From positions 137,574 to 201,573 of the forward strand of contig CAJTPT010000002.1 of assembly GCA_910578545.1 (NCBI GenBank): a stretch of DNA of 64,000 nt, written 5' to 3'. The notes beneath the pieces were generated by a model, which saw nothing but the letters and a program-made list of their open reading frames with translations, was not told the DNA's origin and ran no database searches. The stretch comes from an uncultured Christensenella sp. (GTDB taxonomy: Bacteria > Bacillota > Clostridia > Christensenellales > Pumilibacteraceae). Below, in pieces: positions 20,237 to 29,258 of this stretch; the stretch's first letter is position 1, and each line of letters begins with the position of its first letter. The position numbers were made by a program, and so were the translations under genes.

Positions 20237-21242
20237 AAAAACAGTCACAATTCACGGCGCTGTAACCGCGCAAAACACGCAGGAAAGCGTCACTGCCGCG
20301 GTGATACGCCTCATTGACGGACTATATTTAAAAAACGGCATTTCCGACGCGGACGTCGCCGGTATGAGTATTACTGTTGCCGGCGATTTAACGGGGTTTT
20401 CGCCCGATCGTGCGATTCGCGAGGCCGGACATAACGTTGCGCTTAAGTGCGCTACCGAGCATACGAAGGACGGAGTAAACGGATTTATACGCGTCACCGT
20501 TACGGCGCAATCGGATAATCCGGTTTTTAACGTTTATCTCGGCGGTGCTCGTGCGCTCAGTGCCGATTTGACTAAATACCATTCCATCGCGCTTGACGGA
20601 CCGTCAGGCGCGGGTAAGAGCACGGTTGCAAAGGCAGTGGCTAAAAAGCTTAATATCACTTATCTCGATACCGGCGCACTGTATCGTGCTTTGGGACTTA
20701 CTTGTCTTAATAACGGCGTCGACGTCAGGGACGCGAAAGCGGTCGAACAATGTTTGCGTGACGTCAAGGTCGGACTCGATTACGAAAACGGCGTTCAGCG
20801 CGTTACTGTCGACGGCGTGGACGTGACCGCAAAAATTCGCACCCCAGAGGTTTCCATGGCGGCGAGCGGCGTATCGGCCGTGCCGTACGTCAGAGAGAAG
20901 CTTCTCGGTATTCAGCGCGATATAGCGACGGGCAGCTCGGTCATTTTAGATGGGCGTGATATCGGAACCGTGGTACTACCGTCCGCCGAGTTTAAGTTCT
21001 TTTTGACCGCTTCCGCGGAAGTGCGGGCCAAGCGCAGATTTGATGAGCTTACGGCAAAAGGACAAAAGGTCGTTTACGAAGACGTATTAAACGACGTTAT
21101 TACGCGCGACCGCAACGACAGTACGCGTGCTGTCGCGCCGTTAAAGCAAGCCTATGACGCCGTAAAAATTGATTCGGACAATATGACTGCAGATCAGGTT
21201 GTCGGGTTTATCATAGATTACGTTGAGGGATGGTTGCAATGA
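20229..21242 (+). CDS. cmk: Fusion of an AroH-type chorismate mutase-like domain and cytidylate kinase
   Basis: aa 1-115 align by eye to AroH; then IALDGPSGAGKST, LDTGALYR and LDGRDIGTVV of Cmk. Confidence 0.9.
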   Translation: MSKKTVTIHGAVTAQNTQESVTAAVIRLIDGLYLKNGISDADVAGMSITVAGDLTGFSPDRAIREAGHNVALKCATEHTKDGVNGFIRVTVTAQSDNPVFNVYLGGARALSADLTKYHSIALDGPSGAGKSTVAKAVAKKLNITYLDTGALYRALGLTCLNNGVDVRDAKAVEQCLRDVKVGLDYENGVQRVTVDGVDVTAKIRTPEVSMAASGVSAVPYVREKLLGIQRDIATGSSVILDGRDIGTVVLPSAEFKFFLTASAEVRAKRRFDELTAKGQKVVYEDVLNDVITRDRNDSTRAVAPLKQAYDAVKIDSDNMTADQVVGFIIDYVEGWLQ

Positions 21243-21961
21243 AAGCTTGGTATTGGTTTTTAAAAATCATTCTGTACCCGATTGCCGCATTGCTGTTTCC
21301 GTGCAAGGTGATGGATAAGCACAAATATAAAAAGTACGATCGCGGTCAAATAATTATTACCAATCATTTGTCTTGGATGGATATACTCTACGTGTATTTC
21401 GGCTTGCCGGGCGGACTTAAACGCGCTCTATCCAAAAAGGAAAATCAAGGCAATAAAGTTCAAGCGGCGCTAATGCACTCTATAGGCGTCATATTTGTCG
21501 ACCGCGACAAGCCCGAGCTGTCATCGATGCGTACATGTATTACGGCATTAAAGGACGGACAAACGCTTTCGATTGCGCCGGAGGGCACGCGCAACCGTGA
21601 AAATAGAAACCTTCAGCCTCTTCATTCGGGTGCGGCAATGTTTGCGCTAAAGGGCAATGCGCGCGTCGTGCCGTACGTTATTCATCATAAAGGTAAGATG
21701 TTCAGACGAAATTACGTTGCGGTAGGCGATCCTGTGGACTTGTCCGATTTGTTCGCAAGGCGGGTCGATGAAAGTGTCTTAAACGAGGCCACCGAGAGAT
21801 TTCGTATTGCTATGCAGGAAACGCTGGACAAGCTTGACGTATGGGTAGAGAAAAAGGGTTATAAGCGCAAGAATAAGCAACAAAAGCGCGAAATAAACGC
21901 GCTCGATCGGCAGTATAATGCCGCAAAAAAGGAATATGCTAAAAGTAGTCGTTGCAAATAA
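21239..21961 (+). CDS. plsC: 1-acyl-sn-glycerol-3-phosphate acyltransferase
   Basis: NHLSWMD (HX4D), FVDR and PEGTR; ATGA overlap with cmk. Confidence 0.9.
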   Translation: MKAWYWFLKIILYPIAALLFPCKVMDKHKYKKYDRGQIIITNHLSWMDILYVYFGLPGGLKRALSKKENQGNKVQAALMHSIGVIFVDRDKPELSSMRTCITALKDGQTLSIAPEGTRNRENRNLQPLHSGAAMFALKGNARVVPYVIHHKGKMFRRNYVAVGDPVDLSDLFARRVDESVLNEATERFRIAMQETLDKLDVWVEKKGYKRKNKQQKREINALDRQYNAAKKEYAKSSRCK

Positions 21962-23993
21962 ATCGGGATTTTGTTTCGGTGTAAAACGTGCGGTGGATTT
22001 TGCATACGGTGTTATGTCGGAAGACAATTGCTATATGCTCGGCGATATAACTCACAATAAGTCCGTGATAGACGCGCTTGTAAAACGCGGAATAAAGCGC
22101 ATAAACAATGTAGATGACTTGCCCGATTGTAGCGGTCGCGGCAAGGTGATTATAAGATCGCACGGCGCTGATATGGCAACATACGAGCTTATTAAGGCAA
22201 AGGGCTACGATATCATTGACGCAACGTGTCCGTTTGTAGCAAAGATACACGACGTTGTGCGTAAACATTATACGGACGGATATCATATAGTGATAGTGGG
22301 CGGTAAGACTCATCCGGAGGTCGTTGCAACTAACGGTTGGTGCGATAATTCCGCCACGGTTATAGACAATGACAGCGACTTAAACGTGCTTTGCGACTAC
22401 GATAAACTTTGTATAGTCTGTCAAACTACCTATGACGGAAAAAAATTTGAAGAACTTTCAAAAAAAATACGTAAAATTCCTTTAAAAACGGTTGAAATTT
22501 TCGACACGATTTGCTATACTACATATGAGCGTCAGAAGGAAGCAATGTCTATTGCAGAAAACAGCGACGTAGTGTTGGTTGTGGGTGACAAATCCAGCTC
22601 CAACACAAACAAGCTTTTTGAGCTTTGCGCGGCTGTCAATAAGCATACGCACTTTGTAAATTCGGTGGACGAACTCAAAAATATTAATTTTCCCCGTAGC
22701 GGCGTGGTAGGTATCGTCGCCGGGGCATCGACTCCGACAGAGTCGATTATGGAGGTAAAGACTTACATGGGTCAAGAATTCGGCGAAGCGAGCAATGAAG
22801 AATTTCTCGAAGCGATCAACAAAGGAACGGTAGCTATCCGCGAGGGTAAGGCGATCACCGGTACGGTGCTTTCCGCAAATGCGGACGGCATTCGCGTTAA
22901 CGTCGGCGTAAAGAACGACGGATTTATCGATAAGTCCGAAGTAACCGACGACGGCGATTATAATCCCGATGATTACCCGACCGGTATGGAAATAACCGCC
23001 ATCGTCACCAAAAAGCGTGACGACGTATCCGGTTGCGTTCTGCTTTCCAAGCGTCGTTTCGATCTTATGCGCAAGACCGACGAGGCTGTCGACCAAATCC
23101 GCAACGGCGAAACGTTTGAAATGGTCGTCAAAAAAGACATTAAAGGCGGACTTATCGGTTCGCTCGGAACATATAGGGTATTTGTACCTGCTTCACAAAT
23201 CAGGCTTAAATTTGTGCCCGATTTAAAGAAGTTTATAGGCAAAACACTTAGACTGCGCGCACTTGATATCGACGACGTCAATCGCAAAATCGTAGCGTCA
23301 CAGCGCGTCATTCTTCAAGAGGAAAAAGAGGAGAAGGACAAGAAAGCCGAGATATTCTGGGAAAACGTCAAACCCGACGTTGTAGTTGCCGGTGAGGTAA
23401 AGCGTATCAGTTCTTACGGCGCTTTCGTAAGCGTCGACGGTATCGACTGCTTGGCGCATATAGACCACCTTTCGTATACGCATATCGATTCTCCCGACGA
23501 AGTGCTCGAGATCGGCAAGACGTACGACTTTTTGGTACTCAAGGCCGACCGTGAAAAGCAACGCGTTTCGCTCGGCTACAGAGAACTTCAGCCGCACCCG
23601 TTTGATAAGTGCATGGAAAAGCATCCCGTCGGATCGGTTTTGAACGGCAAGGTCATAAGCGTATTGCCTTACGGTGCGTTTGTGGAAATCGAGCCGGGCG
23701 TCGAAGGCTTGGTACATGTTTCCGAGGCCGCCGCCGCATACGTCAAGGACATCAACGAAGTGTTGCATCCCGGCGACCAAGTAACGGTCAAAATTCTTGC
23801 TTACGACGAGCAACATCGCAAGACTACGCTTAGTATCCGTGCGTGCTTGGATGTAGCCGAACAGCCGGCGGCCAAAGCGGCTAAGCCTGCCAAAAAGCCT
23901 GTTGAGGAACACAGCGCTTACAGCGAAAAAGAAGATAACAACGTATTTGCCGACCTTTTGAAAAAGGTAGATGGTCAAGACAACAACGACTAG
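21936..23993 (+). CDS. ispH: Bifunctional IspH / ribosomal protein S1
   Basis: GFCFGV, DATCPFV, HPEV, TICYTT, SSNT, AGASTP, followed by S1 repeats (GAFV...HV/IS). Confidence 0.95.
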   Translation: MLKVVVANKSGFCFGVKRAVDFAYGVMSEDNCYMLGDITHNKSVIDALVKRGIKRINNVDDLPDCSGRGKVIIRSHGADMATYELIKAKGYDIIDATCPFVAKIHDVVRKHYTDGYHIVIVGGKTHPEVVATNGWCDNSATVIDNDSDLNVLCDYDKLCIVCQTTYDGKKFEELSKKIRKIPLKTVEIFDTICYTTYERQKEAMSIAENSDVVLVVGDKSSSNTNKLFELCAAVNKHTHFVNSVDELKNINFPRSGVVGIVAGASTPTESIMEVKTYMGQEFGEASNEEFLEAINKGTVAIREGKAITGTVLSANADGIRVNVGVKNDGFIDKSEVTDDGDYNPDDYPTGMEITAIVTKKRDDVSGCVLLSKRRFDLMRKTDEAVDQIRNGETFEMVVKKDIKGGLIGSLGTYRVFVPASQIRLKFVPDLKKFIGKTLRLRALDIDDVNRKIVASQRVILQEEKEEKDKKAEIFWENVKPDVVVAGEVKRISSYGAFVSVDGIDCLAHIDHLSYTHIDSPDEVLEIGKTYDFLVLKADREKQRVSLGYRELQPHPFDKCMEKHPVGSVLNGKVISVLPYGAFVEIEPGVEGLVHVSEAAAAYVKDINEVLHPGDQVTVKILAYDEQHRKTTLSIRACLDVAEQPAAKAAKPAKKPVEEHSAYSEKEDNNVFADLLKKVDGQDNND

Positions 23994-24003
23994 GCTATAG
24001 GCC

Positions 24004-24034
24004 AATCGCGTGCCGTTAGGTGCGCGATTTTTTT
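24004..24034 (+). terminator. Intrinsic terminator after ispH-rpsA
   Basis: AATCGCGTGCC-GTTA-GGTGCGCGATT followed by a T-run. Confidence 0.7.
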
Positions 24035-24042
24035 AGGAGGTA

Positions 24043-25551
24043 ATGATGCCGGTATTAGCAATTTGCCCGTACTGCTCAAAAACTATCAAGATAGAGCGTA
24101 TCCCCAGAGTTTCGTGCACCGATTGCGGAACTGAATTCGGATTTGCCGAGCTGCAAAGAAAGCATCTTTTGGTCGACTCGCGAACCGAGGCCGCCGAGCT
24201 TGTAACCGCAAAAGAGTTTTTTACTAACGGCGAGTTTATAAGCGCGTCCGAACACTATAAGCGCGCGCTTGCCGCTAATAAAAACTCGTACACTGCGCAG
24301 TATTTTGTTTTGCTTTGCGATATTTATATGCACGAGGCGGATAACGGTATTACGGGCGACAATGAATACGACGCCATGACAGCGATTGTCAACATGGTCA
24401 AACAGTCTTTGATTGTTCTTTCGCATGCAAACATAACGGTTGCGGACAAGCTAACGTTTATTCACGCCATGCTTGCGGAAACCAAAGTTATAATTACGCG
24501 CCGTTTAACTTCGCGTAGCGATTTGTTTGACAACGATATAGAAAAGTATCGCAAGGTTTCTATTGATGATTTAACCAAGCTTTTGGATTTGTTTAAAATC
24601 GACAGAGAGCTTATTATGTCGTTTTCACCCGAGGTTTCAATAACGTTGACCGAGATAGTCGACTGCGCGATTAAAACGTGTTATAAAGCGGTGCAAACAG
24701 TCGCGGTCGGCGAGGATATCATTTCGCCCAACGACGATGATTACAGACGTATTTCTGCGCTTTGCAATGAGCTGTGCTTCTTTGGTAACTCGTTTAGCCT
24801 CGACTTTAACGGTTCTTCGTATTCGCCCGACTTTTCGCAAAACTACATGCTTAACGAAAAGGTTTTAAGCCGTTTTGCCAAGTTTGACGACGCGGATAAA
24901 TTAAATGCGAAAAAGCTTTTGGTGGGCGACATAGCCGAATATAACAGTATTCTCGAAGAGTGCGTTAAGGCGCTTAAGTTTACCTATCTCAACTGCTATA
25001 GATCGCTGTGCAGTAGACAGGTCGCTCAGCACGCTCAGCTTTTCTATAACGGCTTTGACCTGCTTTACAGACTGTTAATGCCGCGCGTTGTTCCCGTCGA
25101 TAAAAAGAAGTACGAAGTCCACGTGCCAAAGTTTGCCGATATAGCGGATTGGTGTGATATTCTTACGCGCTTCCTTGTAGACGCTTACGAGCTTGACGAG
25201 GTTGTCGGCAAGTCGTTGCATGAATTTTACGAGCGGCTTTTGCAAATCGTTACCGAGTACGTTATTCCCGAAATGGAAAAGTTTTCCAAATTCAAAACCG
25301 AAGCCGACAGACTTGCTTTCCAAAAAGCTGTGTTCAACTGCGCTTGTTGTTGTGCGCCCGCATTGCACAAATACGTCGACTTCTCCGCCGAAGCGGATAA
25401 GACGCGTAACAAGCTTGTTAAGATTTGCAAAGGCGCGACGGAAGGCTTCCTTTTGCACTCGGGATTGTCTATCAACGAGATAGAGCAATCCAACTTCTTC
25501 CGCCCGATACTTCAAATTTCGACGGCTGTAATGGACGAGTATAACGAATAA
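24043..25551 (+). CDS. Hypothetical protein with N-terminal Zn-ribbon and TPR-like helices
   Basis: CPYC...CTDC; AKEFFTNGEFISASEHYKRALAANK TPR-like segment; AGGAGG SD. Confidence 0.75.
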   Translation: MMPVLAICPYCSKTIKIERIPRVSCTDCGTEFGFAELQRKHLLVDSRTEAAELVTAKEFFTNGEFISASEHYKRALAANKNSYTAQYFVLLCDIYMHEADNGITGDNEYDAMTAIVNMVKQSLIVLSHANITVADKLTFIHAMLAETKVIITRRLTSRSDLFDNDIEKYRKVSIDDLTKLLDLFKIDRELIMSFSPEVSITLTEIVDCAIKTCYKAVQTVAVGEDIISPNDDDYRRISALCNELCFFGNSFSLDFNGSSYSPDFSQNYMLNEKVLSRFAKFDDADKLNAKKLLVGDIAEYNSILEECVKALKFTYLNCYRSLCSRQVAQHAQLFYNGFDLLYRLLMPRVVPVDKKKYEVHVPKFADIADWCDILTRFLVDAYELDEVVGKSLHEFYERLLQIVTEYVIPEMEKFSKFKTEADRLAFQKAVFNCACCCAPALHKYVDFSAEADKTRNKLVKICKGATEGFLLHSGLSINEIEQSNFFRPILQISTAVMDEYNE

Positions 25552-25580
25552 ATCCCCGACTTTGTCGCATAAAATCTAGT

Positions 25581-26375
25581 ATGATATTCGATTTACACAA
25601 TGATTTCCCGACTGCATTATGCGATAAAGACTACTTCGGGTACGCCGACTCGATAGGCGATAATACCGTTACCGCGGCAATATGGACGTCCGAGTTATCG
25701 GGCGACGTAATCAAAACCGTCGGCGAAATCTCGGCGCGTGTTCGCGAGCTCGATAGAATATGTTTGCCGATTGCGGTAGAGGATATAGGTTTTTTGTATA
25801 AAGACGGAAAATATCTCGATTTTGATTTTTCCGTCTTTTCTTATTGCTCGCTCACTTGGAATTACGACAACGGTTTTGCAGGAGGGGCGTTGGATAACGG
25901 AACGCTTACATATGCGGGTAAACGTGTTGTTAAAATTATCAACGATTGCGGGTGCGCTGTGGACCTTGCGCATTTAAACAGGGCAAGTTTTTATCCCGTG
26001 CTTGATTGTTCTCGGCGTGCGCTTTGTTCTCACACGGGCTTTAACGGTCATTTAAGATCGCTTGACGATAATCAAATTCGTACGCTCGTAAATCGCAACG
26101 TCGTTATCGGATTGTGTACCGTATCGTCATTTACAGATGCTCATAATTTAGAACAGTTTGCCGACGTTATAGATAGGTTTGTGCAAAAGTATGGCGTCGA
26201 TAATCTTGCGATAGGCAGTGACTTTAACGGTTCTAACGATATCCCAAAAGATATATCGGATTATAATGGGTTGAATCAAGTAAAAGACAAGCTTTTGCGC
26301 CGTGGGTACACAACAGGTGATTTACACAAAATCTTTTATGGTAACGCATACTCGTTTTATCTTAAAGAGCGATAA
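25581..26375 (+). CDS. Membrane dipeptidase (peptidase M19) family protein
   Basis: DLHND, SLTWN, VDLAH, CSHT and IGSDFNG motifs. Confidence 0.85.
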   Translation: MIFDLHNDFPTALCDKDYFGYADSIGDNTVTAAIWTSELSGDVIKTVGEISARVRELDRICLPIAVEDIGFLYKDGKYLDFDFSVFSYCSLTWNYDNGFAGGALDNGTLTYAGKRVVKIINDCGCAVDLAHLNRASFYPVLDCSRRALCSHTGFNGHLRSLDDNQIRTLVNRNVVIGLCTVSSFTDAHNLEQFADVIDRFVQKYGVDNLAIGSDFNGSNDIPKDISDYNGLNQVKDKLLRRGYTTGDLHKIFYGNAYSFYLKER

Positions 26376-26387
26376 ATGATGTTATGG

Positions 26388-26414
26388 AAGGCGTAGTACG
26401 ATACTGCGCCTTTT
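26388..26414. terminator. Terminator after the dipeptidase gene
   Basis: AAGGCGTAGTA-CGA-TACTGCGCCTT followed by TT. Confidence 0.6.
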
Positions 26415-26429
26415 AAAAGAATGTTCAAA

Positions 26430-26700
26430 TCACAATTTTTTTAAATTCTTTCTAAACCGTGTAAGTTCGTTTTCACCGCGCGTATTACTGTATCTATTGC
26501 CGAAATCAGTTCTACACCGTCGGTTGCAACTGTACGATATTTGACGCGCCAAAGCGGCAAAATGGGTATTAATAGATAATCCGTTTATAAGCATTAAATT
26601 CCCGTTATATATAAAAAATTATATTCGATTTCCGCTTTGTCGAGCTTTTGGCATTGCTGTAAAATATCGGTTGAAGTACACGTTGACTGAGCTCTGTAAA
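26430..26700 (-). pseudogene. Decayed remnant of a clostridial radical SAM gene (C-terminal parts)
   Basis: Minus-strand fragments DILQQCQKLDKAEIEYNFLYITGI, LINGLSINTHFAAL/ASNIVQLQ and ELISAIDTVI/GENELTRFRKNLKKL*, broken by stops and frameshifts; family recognised from memory. Confidence 0.5.
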
Positions 26701-26860
26701 AGTTTTGTTTCTGTCGTAACGCAGATGAGGACGTTGCGTCAAGCGCATTCGTGCGCACCGTATTACGTTAGCTCATATACCGAAGAACAATCAAAGAATT
26801 GTTAAATTATTATCCTTTAAATCCGATTATTATTTTGTTTAAGAAAAAGCAAGATTTCTA

Positions 26861-26889
26861 TTGTATCTTTCTTATAATTGTGCTACAAT
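26861..26889 (+). promoter_or_regulatory. sigma-A promoter of glgCDA
   Basis: TTGTAT-17nt-TACAAT with TG extension. Confidence 0.6.
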
Positions 26890-26936
26890 TATGTTGAAAT
26901 AAGTATCAAGTGGTAAAACGCTTACTTGGAGAAATT

Positions 26937-28124
26937 ATGAAAAAGAAAAAATGTATTGCCATGCTTTTGGCTGGCGGACAGGGCACGCGACTTTTTGCGC
27001 TTACAAACAGCGTTGCAAAGCCGGCGGTATCGTTTGGCGCAAAGTACAGGATTATCGACTTTCCGCTGAGTAATTGCACCAACTCCGGTATCGATACGGT
27101 CGGCGTGCTTACGCAATATCAACCGCTTATTCTTAACGAGTACGTCGGTAACGGCGAGCCGTGGGATTTGGACAGAAGCTATGGCGGAGTGCATACTTTG
27201 CCGCCGTATCAAGCCAAAGAGGGCGGCGAATGGTACAAGGGCACGGCAAACGCGATTTACCAAAATATGCATTTTTTGGATGAATACGATTCGGACCACG
27301 TGCTTATTCTGTCGGGCGATCACATTTACAAAATGGATTATTCCAAAATGCTTGAAGAGCACATCGCGCACAATGCCGATTGTACAATTTCGGTTATAGA
27401 CGTACCGCATGATGAGGCGAGCCGCTTCGGCATATTGGATTTTGCGCAGGACGGGCGTATCGGTTCGTTTGAGGAAAAGCCCAAAGCGCCAAAAAGCAAT
27501 CACGCAAGTATGGGAATTTACATCTTCAAAAAGGACGTGCTTGTTCGCGAACTAATGGCTGATGCCGTCGACAAGACGTCCGCAAACGACTTCGGCAAAA
27601 ACATTATTCCAAAAATGCTTAAGGAAAAATGCAACGTCTTTGCATACCGGTTTGTCGGGTATTGGAAGGATGTTGGCACCGTTACGAGCCTTTGGGAAGC
27701 TAATATGGATTTGCTTGGAAGCATGCCTGCGTTCGACCTTGACGATCCTGCGTTTAAGATTTATTCGCGTAACGAGCCGCTCCCGCCGTCGTACATAGGT
27801 GAAACGGGAAAATTTGTCAATTCGTTAATGACTACAGGTTGCGAGATTTACGGCACGGTAATCAATTCGGTAATCGGTGAGGGCGTAACCGTGTCCGAGG
27901 GGGCTGTGATAGAAAACAGCGTCGTTATGCAAGGTTCTGTTATCGGCAAAAACGTTAAGATGAATTACACCATGGTTGACGAAAACGTTGTTATCGGCGA
28001 TAGTACCGTAATCGGCGACGGTGCGTCCGACAAAGCGCACATCACTCTTATAGGTCGTGATACCGTTATCGCTAAAGGCACAAAAATCAAGTCCGGCGTG
28101 ATAATGGAAAAGGGGGCTAACTAA
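26937..28124 (+). CDS. glgC: Glucose-1-phosphate adenylyltransferase
   Basis: [41 protein letters not shown] and GYWKDVGT motifs. Confidence 0.97.
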   Translation: MKKKKCIAMLLAGGQGTRLFALTNSVAKPAVSFGAKYRIIDFPLSNCTNSGIDTVGVLTQYQPLILNEYVGNGEPWDLDRSYGGVHTLPPYQAKEGGEWYKGTANAIYQNMHFLDEYDSDHVLILSGDHIYKMDYSKMLEEHIAHNADCTISVIDVPHDEASRFGILDFAQDGRIGSFEEKPKAPKSNHASMGIYIFKKDVLVRELMADAVDKTSANDFGKNIIPKMLKEKCNVFAYRFVGYWKDVGTVTSLWEANMDLLGSMPAFDLDDPAFKIYSRNEPLPPSYIGETGKFVNSLMTTGCEIYGTVINSVIGEGVTVSEGAVIENSVVMQGSVIGKNVKMNYTMVDENVVIGDSTVIGDGASDKAHITLIGRDTVIAKGTKIKSGVIMEKGAN

Positions 28125-28125
28125 C

Positions 28126-29235
28126 ATGAAAGCTTTGGGAATTATATTCGGTAACCTGCACGATAAAGACGTCGGCGAGCTCACAAAGGTGCGTTCGCTT
28201 GCTTCGGTGCCGTTTGGCGGTAGATTCAGATTGATAGACTTTGTTTTGTCCAATATGGTCAACAGCGGAATAACCAAGGTCGGCGTTATTACGCAAACCA
28301 ATTATCAATCGCTTATGGATCATGTCGGCAATGGCAAGCATTGGGATTTGTCGCGCAAAAACGGTGGGCTTATAATGCTTCCTCCGTACGGTAACGGCGA
28401 TATGAATCCTATCAAATCGCGGTTTAGCGCAATAAAAAATATTCGTTCGTTCCTTTCGCATTCCGACGAAGAATACGTCGTAATGAGCGATTGCGATAAC
28501 GTTTGCAATATTAATCTTTCCGACGTGCTTCAGTCGCATATTAATAATCATGCGGATATAACTATCGTCGTAAGGAATAAAGAGCTTGTCAACCCAAAGC
28601 CGCGCACAATCGTGGAAATGGCGGCTGGCGGCAGGGTTACAAAAGTAACCAATACCGACAAAGAACTCGGCGAACGCACGGTTTTTGCTAACATACTCGT
28701 TATGAATCGCAAGTTCCTGCTTTATTTGATCGAGAATGATGCAGAGCTCAATTATAACAGCTTTAACAAAGACGTTTTGGCGCGCGAAACGGATAAATAT
28801 CGAATTTTCGGATATATGCAGACGGGCTATTTTGCCAACATCGACAGCATTGGAAATTACTATTCGCACTCACTCGAGCTGTTGAACAAAGACATACGCG
28901 ACGAATTGTTCTACCGTGACGGCGCCAATATTTACACAAAGGTTCGCGACAGCGCGCCGTGTAAGATACTCGGCTCGGCGACGGTGTGTAATTCGCTTAT
29001 AGCCGACGGTTGCGTAATAGAGGGCGAGGTACGCAATTCCATTTTGTTCCGCGGCGTTAAGGTCGCCAAGGGCGCAAAAATAACCAATTCAATCGTATTT
29101 CAAGATTCCGTTATCGGAAGAAACAGCAATTTGAATTGCGTTATCGCGGACAAGCTTGTCACCATACTCGAGGGCCGAACGCTTTCCGGGCATCACACGC
29201 ATCCGTACTTTATCGCTAAATCGGCAGTGATTTAG
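28126..29235 (+). CDS. glgD: Glucose-1-phosphate adenylyltransferase subunit GlgD
   Basis: RSLASVPFGGRFRLIDF, WDLSRKNGGL, IYTKVRD; follows glgC. Confidence 0.95.
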   Translation: MKALGIIFGNLHDKDVGELTKVRSLASVPFGGRFRLIDFVLSNMVNSGITKVGVITQTNYQSLMDHVGNGKHWDLSRKNGGLIMLPPYGNGDMNPIKSRFSAIKNIRSFLSHSDEEYVVMSDCDNVCNINLSDVLQSHINNHADITIVVRNKELVNPKPRTIVEMAAGGRVTKVTNTDKELGERTVFANILVMNRKFLLYLIENDAELNYNSFNKDVLARETDKYRIFGYMQTGYFANIDSIGNYYSHSLELLNKDIRDELFYRDGANIYTKVRDSAPCKILGSATVCNSLIADGCVIEGEVRNSILFRGVKVAKGAKITNSIVFQDSVIGRNSNLNCVIADKLVTILEGRTLSGHHTHPYFIAKSAVI

Positions 29236-29258
29236 TTTAAATCCAAAGGAGTTATATA

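Noticed and set aside
21936..23993. IspH-RpsA fusion as a novelty
   Set aside because: Well-known fusion in Clostridia
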